From positions 6,791-70,790 of the forward strand of contig UQHB01000001.1 of assembly GCA_900540735.1 (NCBI GenBank): a stretch of DNA of 64,000 nt, given 5' to 3'. The position numbers and the translations under genes are program-made. Below the pieces are notes generated by a model. That model made no database searches. It worked only from the letters and a program-made list of their open reading frames with translations, and was not told where the DNA came from. The DNA comes from an uncultured Megasphaera sp. (GTDB taxonomy: Bacteria > Bacillota > Negativicutes > Veillonellales > Megasphaeraceae). Positions 43,570-54,366 of the stretch are shown piece after piece; position 1 is the stretch's first letter, and each line of letters starts with the position of its first letter.

Positions 43570-44942
43570 TACTTCCTTTCAAAATATGGCAGTATTTTTT
43601 CCATGGCAAAGCCTCGCGAGGCTTTTAATAAAATCGTATCACCAGGCTTGATAATGTCCGTGAGAATGTCAGCCACACCGGCATGATCACTAGCCGTATA
43701 TACATCTTCCATGCCAGCTGCTTTGGCAGCACTGGCAATGTACCCGGCTAATTCGCCCATGGCGATTAAGACATCAATATGTTCCTTCGCAATTTCTGTG
43801 CCAATCGCTTCGTGTTCTTTTTGCGCCCAATCACCGAGTTCGAGCATGCCGCCGAGGACGGCGATTTTCCGCCCTTTCGTCAAATGGGCCAAGGTGTGAA
43901 TAGACGTTACCATAGATGCAGGATTGGCATTATACGCATCGTTAATAAAGGTATAATTCCCCATGCGGATAATTTCTTCGCGCATGGGTACGCCTTTATA
44001 TTCGGCCAGGCCTTTCGTCACTTGATGTTCCGATAAGCCGACAACACGGCCTACAGCCACAGCAGCCAAGGCATTGTACACGTTGTGCAGGCCAATGACC
44101 GGGACATTGACATCAAATACTTGGTCGAATGAATGGCACGTGAAGTGAATGCCCTTTTCACTGGCCGCAATGCGGTCTGCCCGAATGGGTGCGTTACTTT
44201 CAATGCCGTAGCCCACGACTTTTCCCTTGCAACGGTCGGCCATAGAGGCAACGAAATGATCGTCTTGATTTAAAATCGCTATGCCTTGTTCATCTAAGGC
44301 ATCAACGAGTTCGCATTTCGCTTTGGCAATATTTTCTTGAGACCCTAATAATTCAATATGGCTTTTGCCGACGTTTGTGACGACGCCAATGGTCGGTTCG
44401 GCGATGGCTGCTAATTCTGCAATTTGCCCGAGGCCGCGCATGCCCATTTCGACGACACACGCTTCGTGTTGTGGCGTTAATTGCAAGAGCGTCTTCGGCA
44501 AGCCAATTTCATTATTAAAATTCTTTTCTGTCTGTAAAACGTTTAATTTTTGAGCTAAGACGGTGGCAATCATATTCCGCGTCGTCGTCTTGCCAACAGA
44601 GCCGGTTACGGCAACGATAGGAATGTGGAAACGCCGACGGTGGAACCGTGCTAAGTCTTGATAGGCTTTGAGTGTATCAGAGACAACGTAAATCGGCACG
44701 CCAGCATCTTTGTATTCATCTCGTACTTCCGATACGATAGCACCGGCAGCACCTTTTTGGATGGCGTCCAGCACAAAGGCATGGCCGTCAAAAGATTCTC
44801 CTTTAAAGGCTACGAATACGCAGTCTTTCGTAATCATTCGTGTATCTGTATCGACTGATGTAAAGCATACATCAGCGCGCACAGGCGTGAGCCAGGAACC
44901 GGCTGTAGCCCGTGCGACTTCTTGGGTCGTAAAAGATGCCAT
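43569..44942 (-). CDS. murF: UDP-MurNAc-tripeptide--D-Ala-D-Ala ligase
   Basis: Start at MASFTTQEV; GSVGKTTT. Confidence 0.9.
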   Translation of the reverse strand: MASFTTQEVARATAGSWLTPVRADVCFTSVDTDTRMITKDCVFVAFKGESFDGHAFVLDAIQKGAAGAIVSEVRDEYKDAGVPIYVVSDTLKAYQDLARFHRRRFHIPIVAVTGSVGKTTTRNMIATVLAQKLNVLQTEKNFNNEIGLPKTLLQLTPQHEACVVEMGMRGLGQIAELAAIAEPTIGVVTNVGKSHIELLGSQENIAKAKCELVDALDEQGIAILNQDDHFVASMADRCKGKVVGYGIESNAPIRADRIAASEKGIHFTCHSFDQVFDVNVPVIGLHNVYNALAAVAVGRVVGLSEHQVTKGLAEYKGVPMREEIIRMGNYTFINDAYNANPASMVTSIHTLAHLTKGRKIAVLGGMLELGDWAQKEHEAIGTEIAKEHIDVLIAMGELAGYIASAAKAAGMEDVYTASDHAGVADILTDIIKPGDTILLKASRGFAMEKILPYFERK

Positions 44943-44943
44943 C

Positions 44944-46440
44944 TTATTTCTCCTGTAATGCAACAACTGCTTTGCGAGCTTCTTCTCTATCGTCGAAGTG
45001 AATCGTGCCTGTATTTAAAATCTGGTACGTTTCGTGGCCTTTCCCGGCAATGAGGATAATATCACCGGTCTGAGCAATTTCGACAGCTCTGTTAATGGCT
45101 GTCCGGCGGTCGACGATGACTTCGTGATGCTGACCCGGTTTGAGCCCTTCTTTGACGCCAGCTTCAACTTCGGCTACAATGGTGTCCGGATTTTCAGAGC
45201 GCGGATTATCAGACGTAACAATAGGAATATCTGCTTCTTCTGCAGCGATTTTCCCCATAATAGGCCGTTTCGTTTTATCGCGGTCGCCACCGCAGCCAAA
45301 GACACAAATAATCCGGTTCGGATGCAATGCCCGTGCTGTCGTCAAGGCTTTTTCCAAGCTGTCCGGCGTATGGGAGTAATCAACAACAATAGCAAAATCC
45401 TGGCCTGCTTCGACCAGTTCAAACCGGCCCGGTACGGAGTGGAACGTCTGAATCGCTTTATCGATGGTCTGCGTATCTACGCCTTCGGCATAGGCTGCTG
45501 CTACAGCTGCGAGGGTGTTGTAGACATTGAAGAGACCTGTAATATTCATATTCAAGTGGACGCTGCCGAACGGTCCCGTTACGTCAAAGGACGATTTCTT
45601 TAATTCTACTTTTAAGTTCGCCCCTTTGAAGTCTGCGTCTTTTTCTACGCCGTATGTAAGCACTTTGCAGTGACATGCAGCGAGGATGTTATCGGACCAA
45701 TCGTCGTCTACATTGACGATAGCCGTTTTATTATCTTTCACCGGTTCGCCAGCTGTTAAGCTCTGGAATAACTTAGCTTTCGCAGCGACGTAATTTTCCA
45801 TAGTTTTATGGAAATCGAGGTGGTCCTGCGTGAGGTTTGTAAAGACAGCCGTGTCAAATTCGATGCCAGCAACGCGATTCAGTGCCAGGGCGTGGCTCGA
45901 TACTTCCATGACAACGTGAGTCATGCCCTTTTCGTACATAAGGGCTAAGAAATGCTGTAATTCCACGACATCCGGTGTCGTATTGTGAATTGGTAATTCT
46001 TCGTCATCAATGAGAGCGTGAATCGTGCCAAGGACACCGACATGATGGCCGGTAGCACGCAAAATATGAGCAATAATATGGGTCGTCGTCGTTTTACCAT
46101 TCGTCCCAGTAACGCCAATCATGCGCATTTTTTTACCAGGATAATCGTAGAAGTACGGCACCATATCTTCTAAAGCATGATGAATATCGGGCACCATGAT
46201 TTGGACTGCATCTTTTGGTAAGTCTAAGTGTTTCGTCGTAAGGACCGCTACAGCACCTTTTTCGACGGCTTGTGCCGCATAGGCCGCGCCATTGACGTGG
46301 ACACCAGCAATGCAAACGAATAAATATCCTGGTTCAATGTGGCGGGAATCAGACGAAATGCCTTTGATTTCGACACTCCCATTGCCATCAATATTATATA
46401 CACCTTTGATTTGTTGACAAAGTTCAATGACTGTTTTCAT
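44944..46440 (-). CDS. murE: UDP-MurNAc-L-Ala-D-Glu--2,6-diaminopimelate ligase
   Basis: 498 aa; GTNGKTTTT; DNPR motif suggests meso-DAP. Confidence 0.9.
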   Translation of the reverse strand: MKTVIELCQQIKGVYNIDGNGSVEIKGISSDSRHIEPGYLFVCIAGVHVNGAAYAAQAVEKGAVAVLTTKHLDLPKDAVQIMVPDIHHALEDMVPYFYDYPGKKMRMIGVTGTNGKTTTTHIIAHILRATGHHVGVLGTIHALIDDEELPIHNTTPDVVELQHFLALMYEKGMTHVVMEVSSHALALNRVAGIEFDTAVFTNLTQDHLDFHKTMENYVAAKAKLFQSLTAGEPVKDNKTAIVNVDDDWSDNILAACHCKVLTYGVEKDADFKGANLKVELKKSSFDVTGPFGSVHLNMNITGLFNVYNTLAAVAAAYAEGVDTQTIDKAIQTFHSVPGRFELVEAGQDFAIVVDYSHTPDSLEKALTTARALHPNRIICVFGCGGDRDKTKRPIMGKIAAEEADIPIVTSDNPRSENPDTIVAEVEAGVKEGLKPGQHHEVIVDRRTAINRAVEIAQTGDIILIAGKGHETYQILNTGTIHFDDREEARKAVVALQEK

Positions 46441-46525
46441 GTAACATCCTCCTTGCTAAGGAAATCGTGTATTGTATGAAGTAAACAACAATAGCAGCCC
46501 TTGCTCAAGGCTGCTGCGCTGTAGT

Positions 46526-46909
46526 TTATGGATTCATCCGGTCGACCGCAGCCTGTTGGCGGGACGAACTATAAAGCGTGTACGACGGCTCGACCATCCC
46601 TAAGTCTTTCGTCGCAATCGAATAGACCCGTTCCGGTGTCTCAAGCGTCGCAATACGCACGCGGAGCGCGTCGTTATCCCGTTGGAGCTGGCGGACTTGC
46701 TGTTTTTTCTGACTCAGCGTGTAGCTGTAATTGTTTTTCATCGACGTCAGGGCAATCCCGGAAAGAAGGAACACGCAGAATAACATGACCAAAAAGACAA
46801 CACGCATGACGACCGTCCCAAAACGGCGTTCAACCCGGTTAGTCTCGCCAGACGCAGCGGTCTTATGGCTTGTTGCATAGTGCATATATCCTACTTTTCT
46901 AGCCAGCAT
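46526..46909 (-). CDS. ftsL: cell-division protein FtsL
   Basis: 127 aa, single TM + coiled coil, between rsmH and murE. Confidence 0.7.
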   Translation of the reverse strand: MLARKVGYMHYATSHKTAASGETNRVERRFGTVVMRVVFLVMLFCVFLLSGIALTSMKNNYSYTLSQKKQQVRQLQRDNDALRVRIATLETPERVYSIATKDLGMVEPSYTLYSSSRQQAAVDRMNP

Positions 46910-46947
46910 ATTATATCACATCCCATTCTCTTAGGAAATTGTCTCCC

Positions 46948-47880
46948 TTATTTATGAATGCCTACGCGAAGCTTAGCACTGCGGGCCCGTGGATTTTGTT
47001 CTAATTCCTCCGGACTCGGTACGAACAAGAGCCGTTTAGCTTCTAAAATGGCATGATGATGACACGTGCACACGGGCATATCAGGCGGACAAATGCAGTC
47101 CGTCGCCATGAGCTTAAAGGTCTGTTTCGTAATCCTGTCTTCTAAGGACTGGAACGTAATGACACAGATTTTCCCGCCTGGTTTCAGGCGCTGCGCAGCA
47201 TGTTCAAAGGAAGCCTTTAAAATCCCTAATTCATCATTCACTTCAATACGAATGGCTTGGAATGTGCGTTTCGCCGGGTGCGGACCATCTCGTCTGGCCC
47301 CGGCTGGAATGGCCTTTTTAATGATACTGACCAATTCCCCTGTTCGTTCAATCGGTTTTCCCTTACGGCTTTCGACGATAAACGATGCAATCCGCTTCGC
47401 CCATCGTTCTTCGCCGTAATCTTTAATGACGCGGTACAACTCTTCCATGCTGTACGTATTGACAATATCATAGGCACTTTTGCTTTGACGCTGATCCATG
47501 CGCATATCTAAGGGGCCATCCTGCATGTACGAAAAGCCCCGTTCCGGCGTATCAAGCTGATAACTGGACACACCTAAATCAAACATGACCCCATCGATTT
47601 GCTCAATCCCTAAGGAATCTAAGATTTCTTCTAAATGACTAAAATTCCGCTGAATGAGTATGTGGCGGCACGGCGTTTGCGAAAGCCGTGCAGTCGCTGC
47701 CACAATGGCATCTTTATCTTGGTCCAGGCCAATGAGCGTCGCATCGGGAGCAAGTTTAGCAGCCAGTGCTGACGCGTGACCGCCACCGCCTAAAGTGCAG
47801 TCCACATAAATGCCATGACGGTCACCTAATATATTTTCAATCGTCTCGTTCCGAAGAACACTGACGTGATGAAATTCCAT
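46948..47880 (-). CDS. rsmH: 16S rRNA m4C1402 methyltransferase RsmH (MraW)
   Basis: 310 aa, VDCTLGGGGH SAM motif. Confidence 0.9.
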   Translation of the reverse strand: MEFHHVSVLRNETIENILGDRHGIYVDCTLGGGGHASALAAKLAPDATLIGLDQDKDAIVAATARLSQTPCRHILIQRNFSHLEEILDSLGIEQIDGVMFDLGVSSYQLDTPERGFSYMQDGPLDMRMDQRQSKSAYDIVNTYSMEELYRVIKDYGEERWAKRIASFIVESRKGKPIERTGELVSIIKKAIPAGARRDGPHPAKRTFQAIRIEVNDELGILKASFEHAAQRLKPGGKICVITFQSLEDRITKQTFKLMATDCICPPDMPVCTCHHHAILEAKRLLFVPSPEELEQNPRARSAKLRVGIHK

Positions 47881-47889
47881 TACATCCTC

Positions 47890-48330
47890 CTAAAACTCGA
47901 TATCTAAGGTTTCATTGAGACTTTCCGCAATTGCTTCCATATCCGGCACAATCTTGGCGGCATAGGCTTCGTATGCGTCTTTATCCCATAATTCGATTTT
48001 ATCGCCTGTACCGAGTATCGTTACGTCTTTCGACAGCTTGGCATAGTCCCGCAGCGTAGCAGGAATCAAAATGCGCCCTTGTTTATCGAACTCCACTTCA
48101 GCAGCACTGCCAAAGAGAAAGCGTTTAAAGGCGCGGACATTTTCTTTCGATGCTTTTAATTTGTTCATGCTCTTTGCAATCGTCAGCCAAGCGTCCATAG
48201 TGTAGACAGACAAACAGCCTTCGAGTCCTCGTGTGACCACGAACTGAGAGCCCAGTTCATCACGGAATTTAGCCGGTAAAATAAGCCGACCTTTCGCGTC
48301 GATAGAATGTGAATATTCTCCCATAAACAT
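47890..48330 (-). CDS. mraZ: transcriptional regulator MraZ
   Basis: Two DxxxR-type MraZ repeats; start at MFMGEY. Confidence 0.85.
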   Translation of the reverse strand: MFMGEYSHSIDAKGRLILPAKFRDELGSQFVVTRGLEGCLSVYTMDAWLTIAKSMNKLKASKENVRAFKRFLFGSAAEVEFDKQGRILIPATLRDYAKLSKDVTILGTGDKIELWDKDAYEAYAAKIVPDMEAIAESLNETLDIEF

Positions 48331-48378
48331 GTGGCTGTCACCTCTCTTCACTATTCACCACATTTTACCATATTTCCA

Positions 48379-48408
48379 CACTTTATGACAACAAATATTG
48401 GTCACGAA
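48379..48408 (-). promoter_or_regulatory. dcw-cluster promoter Pmra (TTGTCA-N18-TGgTAAAAT) with overlapping TGG direct repeats
   Basis: Read directly; GTGTGG / TGG / TGTGG repeats at ~10-bp phase. Confidence 0.5.
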
Positions 48409-48419
48409 TCGCAAATAGC

Positions 48420-48452
48420 AAAAAAATCATCGCCCGAAGGCGATGATTTTCT
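48420..48452. terminator. bidirectional terminator after gluQ
   Basis: aaaaaaa ucaucgcc cgaa ggcgauga uuuu. Confidence 0.7.
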
Positions 48453-48464
48453 GTATAGTTCTTA

Positions 48465-49421
48465 TTATTTTAGTTGAAACGAGCGAATTTCGTTGACCAC
48501 ATCAGCATGAATGCAAATGTTCTGCTGACGCAGTGCTCCTAAGGCTGCATGCTGTACCAGTTCGTCTAAGGTATAGCAGCGTCTTTCCGGTACTAAACCA
48601 CCCACATAGGCCAAGTATGAAAGGATAGCCTCGCGGGTGAGCCCTGCTTCGCGGAGCTGACGGATTTCAATACCGTGCTGCCGTTTCGATAAACGATGTC
48701 CTTCTGCATCCATGAGCATGGGCACGTGCGTATACTGCGGCACAGGATAGCCCAAAAAGCGAATGAGCCATTGCTGTTGTGCCGTCGAGGACAAGAGGTC
48801 ACAGCCGCGCAAGATGTGGGTAATGCCCATCATACCGTCATCGACAGAAACGGCCAGTTGGTATGCATAAAGGCCGTCAGCCCGGCGGACAACGAAATCA
48901 CCGCAATAGGTTGGCAAAAAGGCCTTTTGCAGGCCATACACGCCGTCTGTAAAGGTAATCGTCTCGGCCGGTACGTGCACGCGCCACGATGGGCGTTTCG
49001 TCTGGTTAGCCTGCTCGGCGTCGCTCAAGTGGTAGCAGTGCCCATCATAGACGATATGCTCCCCTTCGTGCGGTGCGCCAATGGCGGCGAGGCGCGCACG
49101 GGAACAATAGCACGGATAGAGTAAGCCTTGCTCCCGTAATGAAGCCAAGGCCTGCTCATACAAGTCATACCGCTGTTGCTGTACATAGAGACCAACAGGG
49201 CCGCCTACATCTGGCCCTTCATCCCACGTCAGGCCCAGCCACGTTAAGTCTTCTAACAGGCCTTGCACGAAGACGGGCTTCGACCGTTGTTCATCAATAT
49301 CTTCGATGCGCAACACCAACGTTCCCTGGGCCTGCCGCACTTGGAGCCACACGAGTAAGGCTGTCCAAGCATTGCCAAGATGCATATACCCTGTCGGGCT
49401 CGGCGCAAATCGTCCGCGCAT
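48465..49421 (-). CDS. gluQ: glutamyl-Q tRNA(Asp) synthetase
   Basis: 318 aa truncated GluRS catalytic domain, HLGN motif, no anticodon-binding domain. Confidence 0.8.
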   Translation of the reverse strand: MRGRFAPSPTGYMHLGNAWTALLVWLQVRQAQGTLVLRIEDIDEQRSKPVFVQGLLEDLTWLGLTWDEGPDVGGPVGLYVQQQRYDLYEQALASLREQGLLYPCYCSRARLAAIGAPHEGEHIVYDGHCYHLSDAEQANQTKRPSWRVHVPAETITFTDGVYGLQKAFLPTYCGDFVVRRADGLYAYQLAVSVDDGMMGITHILRGCDLLSSTAQQQWLIRFLGYPVPQYTHVPMLMDAEGHRLSKRQHGIEIRQLREAGLTREAILSYLAYVGGLVPERRCYTLDELVQHAALGALRQQNICIHADVVNEIRSFQLK

Positions 49422-49430
49422 ACGAGCCTC

Positions 49431-52352
49431 CTAGTGCTGTAACGAAATGATATTGGAGAATATCTTGCCGTCGTCACGGATTTTTGCTTCACTGCCTATG
49501 ACGCAGAGATTATTATCATCCATAAGGGCGCGAACCATCTGAGCCAGTGCGCGAATATCGGCAGCTGTCGTCTGCAAGAGCTGGTTACGCCGCTGCTGCA
49601 AGACATCGATAGACGAATTAGCAAAATAGCGGCTCAACGCTCTATCACCACGCATAGACGGCGTTAAAGGTACATCAATACGGCTCAACGTACCGATGAC
49701 GTACTTCGTCATTTCCCGGTCAGACACGTCAAATGTTTCTAAGTAGTCTGCTAAATCATTATAGGCATCGACCGTAGACTGCAAGTTCGGGTCCCGATAA
49801 GAGCAGAAGACTGTATCGCCGTTCGCAGCAAATTTAGCAAAGGCCCCATAGGCCCCACCTTGGACACGGACTTTCGTCCACAAGTAGCCATACTGTAAAA
49901 TCGTTTCTAAGACGGATAAAGCTCCAGTATATTCATAGCCATGATCTACGAAGTTGCCGCCTTTAGCGACGTACTGTACTTTACCGCTCGTCATGATGCC
50001 TTCATTTTTCTTACGCAGTGCGAACTGGCAACGCCGATTCGTTTTCTCGCCTTTCTTCATGTCGTCTGTCCATTTTGGCAAGGCCGAGAGAACTGCTTTT
50101 TTATCGTCGTCACTGCCTGTAATCCCTAAGGTAAAGGCCTTTTTCGTAAAAATACGTTTCGCGATTGTCTTCAACCGTTTCGCAATGACTTCTGGGTCCT
50201 TGCGGATAACAGCGGCAAGATTACTAATAAATTCATAGTACGACAATTCACCGGCATCGAGGAAGGCTTCAATAGGCGACTGGTACGACAAGACGCGATG
50301 CATAGTCAAGAGATGGGCCCGCGTAAAGACATCCATATCCCATTTGGCTTTCGTTTCTTCAATGAGTTCGATTAAGCGCGTATGGTTCGTAAATTTCGTA
50401 TGGAGCGTAATATCTGCTAAGAGTTTTACTAAGTGTGGTACGTTTTGGTTCAACGCCTTGGCTTTCACACGGAAGAGGGGCAAGTAATTGCCCGGTTCGC
50501 CACGCCGTTCACTAGCAACGACCGTAAAGTCCATACCGCCTGTATATAAGTCAGTCAAGTTGGCTAAGTCTTGGTACGTATGATGTTTCGTATCCATATC
50601 GCCTAAAATATCACTCAGCAAATACACATACGAAATGTCATCAGCAGCCATGCCGTGGAGGTCAAAGTTTGCACTCAAATAAGTAATGCCATTCGTAAAG
50701 GTCGGCACATGGCAAATATGAATGCCAGCTGCGTCTTCTTGGTTCATGTCAATGATTTCAATATTTTTTTCTAAATCTTCCCGGCCTAAGACAGGAATGG
50801 TCTGCAATGCTTCTGGCGAATCAGGCGTAGCCTGTCGTTTCTGGAGGGCCGCTGTGGCTTTGACGATATCGTCAATTTCTTCTTTGGACAAAGTCGCTTT
50901 ATAAGCTGCTAATTTGTCTGCTAAGGCTTTGTCGTGTTTTTCTGTAAGGCCTGGTTCCGGCAAGAGCGAAACGAGAGCGTAGTAGTCGTTATCTAAGATA
51001 TATTTCTGAATAATATCTTCGTAATACGACGTATCTAAGCCTTTACGCAGCGTTTTTAAGGCATCTTCATACTGGAGCGACGCCAACGGATCTTGGTCAT
51101 AGAGCCATGTATCCATGCAGCGAATGCCGTAAATAAGACCTTTAGGACGACCGACGAAGTCTGCTTCACGCAAGGTAAATTCAATGCGGTTCAACGCACC
51201 AGTGAGTAACTTTTTGTCGATACCCTGTTTTACCATCTTGGCCAAGGTATTGCGCACAATCTTTAAAATTTCGTCACTCTTATCGGGGTCGGAACCGTTA
51301 ATCGAAATATTCCACATCGGCTGCAAAATGCCGTCTTGGAAGTCACCAGACACGTCTTTACCAATACCGGCATCGACGAGAGCCTTTTTCAACGGTGCTG
51401 CTGGCGATACTAAGAGGACATACGTCAACACTTTAAAGGCCAAGCCCAGCGTCGGGTCTAAGGCATCATCAATGACGTAATTCAAGCTATATAAGGTCTT
51501 ATGGTCTGTACTTTCATCAGAGCCAACACCATACGGATAGGATGTAATAATACTACCTGTCGGTGCTTGACGGCCAATAGCCGAATCGATTGGTTCTGCT
51601 GTGAATTTGCTCAAGTATTCATCATTAATGAAGGCTAACGTGCTGTCAATATCCATATCGCCATAAAGGAAAATATAACTATTGGACGGATGGTAATATT
51701 TCTGGTGGAACGCGACGAACGCCTCTTGAGTCAGTGTCGGAATATCATCTGGGTCACCGCCCGATTCAACGCCATACGTCGTGTCTGGGAAGAGATTTTC
51801 CATGACATGCCGTTCAAGCTGTGCATCAGGCGACGAAAAGACACCCTTCATTTCGTTGTAGACGACGCCGCGGTACGTCAAAGGGTCTTCTGCTTTATCG
51901 AGATGGTAATGCCACCCTTCTTGCATGAGTACTTCTTTATCTTTGAGCATATTCGGGAAAAAGACCGCATCTAAATAGACGTCCATGAGATTTTTAAAAT
52001 CTAAGGCATTCCGGCTCGCTACAGGATACATAGTCTTATCGGGGAACGTCATAGCATTTAAAAAGGTATTTAAAGACCCTTTGACGAGTTCGACGAACGG
52101 TTCTTTTAAAGGGAATTTCCGGGAACCGCAGAGCGTAGAATGTTCGCAAATATGAGGGACGCCCGTGCTGTCAGACGGAGTCGTTCGGAACGAAATAGAA
52201 AACACTTTGTTATCATCATCATTTTGGATATATAACAATTTTGCGCCAGACTGTTCGTGATGTATTTCATAAGCCTGACTATTTAATTCTTTGACATATA
52301 CGGAGCGGTCTACATGGAATCCATATACAACCTGACCTTCTGTTAATTTCAT
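49431..52352 (-). CDS. M16-family zinc metallopeptidase (pitrilysin/PreP-like, 973 aa)
   Basis: Inverted zinc motif HICEH; ~970 aa. Confidence 0.8.
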   Translation of the reverse strand: MKLTEGQVVYGFHVDRSVYVKELNSQAYEIHHEQSGAKLLYIQNDDDNKVFSISFRTTPSDSTGVPHICEHSTLCGSRKFPLKEPFVELVKGSLNTFLNAMTFPDKTMYPVASRNALDFKNLMDVYLDAVFFPNMLKDKEVLMQEGWHYHLDKAEDPLTYRGVVYNEMKGVFSSPDAQLERHVMENLFPDTTYGVESGGDPDDIPTLTQEAFVAFHQKYYHPSNSYIFLYGDMDIDSTLAFINDEYLSKFTAEPIDSAIGRQAPTGSIITSYPYGVGSDESTDHKTLYSLNYVIDDALDPTLGLAFKVLTYVLLVSPAAPLKKALVDAGIGKDVSGDFQDGILQPMWNISINGSDPDKSDEILKIVRNTLAKMVKQGIDKKLLTGALNRIEFTLREADFVGRPKGLIYGIRCMDTWLYDQDPLASLQYEDALKTLRKGLDTSYYEDIIQKYILDNDYYALVSLLPEPGLTEKHDKALADKLAAYKATLSKEEIDDIVKATAALQKRQATPDSPEALQTIPVLGREDLEKNIEIIDMNQEDAAGIHICHVPTFTNGITYLSANFDLHGMAADDISYVYLLSDILGDMDTKHHTYQDLANLTDLYTGGMDFTVVASERRGEPGNYLPLFRVKAKALNQNVPHLVKLLADITLHTKFTNHTRLIELIEETKAKWDMDVFTRAHLLTMHRVLSYQSPIEAFLDAGELSYYEFISNLAAVIRKDPEVIAKRLKTIAKRIFTKKAFTLGITGSDDDKKAVLSALPKWTDDMKKGEKTNRRCQFALRKKNEGIMTSGKVQYVAKGGNFVDHGYEYTGALSVLETILQYGYLWTKVRVQGGAYGAFAKFAANGDTVFCSYRDPNLQSTVDAYNDLADYLETFDVSDREMTKYVIGTLSRIDVPLTPSMRGDRALSRYFANSSIDVLQQRRNQLLQTTAADIRALAQMVRALMDDNNLCVIGSEAKIRDDGKIFSNIISLQH

Positions 52353-52373
52353 CTATATTCCTCTTTTCTCTAT

Positions 52374-53027
52374 CTATTTTACGCTCGGCAATAAAAGCTG
52401 CCGCAGTGCGTCTACAGTAGGTGCATAAAAATCAGGCGGAAAGGCCTTACGTTCCTCTTCATTACCATAGCCAAAGCCGACGGCAATGACGGGCACTCCT
52501 ATTTCCCTAGCACCGATGACGTCAAATTTGCGGTCTCCTACCATGACGGCTTCGCCTGGATTATACGTACCGATTTGGCTTAAAATACGGCGCATAATAT
52601 CAGCCTTTGTATCCGTACCGCCTACAGCCGGTCCGGCAATAGCTTCGACATAAGGCGCAATGCCAAACTTTTCGCAAATGGCAATAGCATGGACTTGGGG
52701 CTTAGACGTAGCTACGAAAGAACGAATCCCAGCAGCTTGCATATCCCGCAAGAGCGGCACAATGCCGTCAAAGGCTCTATTTTCGAATTTACCAATGCTG
52801 TTGTATCGTTCCTGAAAATAAGCATATACTTGCTTTGCCTTTTCCGGACTAAAGCCATAAGTTTGTTCGAACGTCGTCAATAACGGTGGTCCAACGACAA
52901 CATGCTGGTCCAACCGACCTTCTGTAGACTCTCCCATTTGAATGAGTCCATATTCGACAGACTTGATGATGCCTTCTTTTGAATCTGTTAAGGTCCCATC
53001 TAAGTCGAATAAGACATATTTGTACAT
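52374..53027 (-). CDS. HAD-superfamily hydrolase (phosphoglycolate phosphatase-like)
   Basis: FDLDGTLTDS motif I. Confidence 0.8.
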   Translation of the reverse strand: MYKYVLFDLDGTLTDSKEGIIKSVEYGLIQMGESTEGRLDQHVVVGPPLLTTFEQTYGFSPEKAKQVYAYFQERYNSIGKFENRAFDGIVPLLRDMQAAGIRSFVATSKPQVHAIAICEKFGIAPYVEAIAGPAVGGTDTKADIMRRILSQIGTYNPGEAVMVGDRKFDVIGAREIGVPVIAVGFGYGNEEERKAFPPDFYAPTVDALRQLLLPSVK

Positions 53028-53172
53028 ATCCTTCCTCCTCTATAGGCTGTCAGAATTACAATACTAATCATATCATGTTTACCCGTCATGGGCTAGAGAG
53101 AAATGAGAAGTCATATAAAAAAGGCCTGCTCCCATCCTTTGGAAACAGACCTTTTCGTTAGGTAATAACAAT

Positions 53173-54297
53173 TTATTTTATGGTAATCAATTCATACTGA
53201 CGCGTACCTAAGCCAATTTTTTCGCTGTGTACGAGCGTTGCTTCCCAGTTAACACGGGGATTGCTATCCAAGAAATTATCATGATGGTGGTGCCAGTCAG
53301 GTTTGGCCAAATTATCCGACAACTGGCTGTTAGCCATCGGTTTGGCCTTAAGACAGGCATCGACACAAGCTTGGTCCAAGGCAACAGGGTCAAAGGACGC
53401 AAACATACCAATATTTGGCAAAATAGGCACGTCATTTTCACCATGACAGTCGCAGTTCGGCGAAATATCCATGACTAAATTGATGTGGAAACAAGGGCGG
53501 TCTTCACAAACAGCTTGAGCATATTCAGCCATTTTGTAATCTAAGAGTTCGCTTGCATCCCACTGTACTGTACGGATAGCATCGAAGGCGCAAGCACCAA
53601 TGCAGCGGCCGCAGCCTTTACACAAATCTTCGTGAATATGTGCTTTCCCATCTTCATAGGTAATAGCATCAGAGCCGCATTCCTTTGCACAGCGATGACA
53701 GTCACGACACTTCGATTCATCGACGACAGGTTTGCTAGACGAATGCTGTTCCATTTTGCCTGCACGGCTGCCGCAGCCCATGCCGATATTCTTAATGGCA
53801 CCGCCAAAGCCCGTCATTTCATGGCCTTTAAAATGGGCTAAACTAATGAATACGTCTGCATCCATGACGGCGCGGCCAATCTTCGCATTCTGGACGTATT
53901 CGCCATTTTTAACAGGCACTTCTACTTCATCAGTGCCACGCAAGCCATCGCCAATAATAATCTGACAGCCCGTCGTAATCGTGTTGTAGCCGTTGAGGTT
54001 AGCGCAATCCATGTGTTCCAGCGCATGCTTACGGCTGCCCGGATAGAGCGTATTACAGTCCGTCAAGAAGGGATTTCCGCCTAATTCTTTGACCAAGTCG
54101 GCTACGGCTTTAACATACTGCGGACGAATCGATGCGAGACAGCCTAATTCACCAAAATGCATCTTAATCGCTACGAATTTGCCATCGAAGTCGATGTTTT
54201 CAATACCTGCACGTCTGCAGAGACGCTGTAACTTTCTGAGGTTATTCGTACCGACTTTGCAACGAAAATCGGTAAAATATACTTTTGCTTTTTCCAT
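53173..54297 (-). CDS. DUF362 protein with 2x[4Fe-4S] ferredoxin domain
   Basis: CRDCHRCAKEC and CKGCGRCIGAC cysteine clusters. Confidence 0.7.
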   Translation of the reverse strand: MEKAKVYFTDFRCKVGTNNLRKLQRLCRRAGIENIDFDGKFVAIKMHFGELGCLASIRPQYVKAVADLVKELGGNPFLTDCNTLYPGSRKHALEHMDCANLNGYNTITTGCQIIIGDGLRGTDEVEVPVKNGEYVQNAKIGRAVMDADVFISLAHFKGHEMTGFGGAIKNIGMGCGSRAGKMEQHSSSKPVVDESKCRDCHRCAKECGSDAITYEDGKAHIHEDLCKGCGRCIGACAFDAIRTVQWDASELLDYKMAEYAQAVCEDRPCFHINLVMDISPNCDCHGENDVPILPNIGMFASFDPVALDQACVDACLKAKPMANSQLSDNLAKPDWHHHHDNFLDSNPRVNWEATLVHSEKIGLGTRQYELITIK

Positions 54298-54366
54298 GTC
54301 TATGCCTCCCTAGGGGATAAAAATATAAACACTAGTATTGTAGCACATAGAGTGCGCTCAAAGTCA

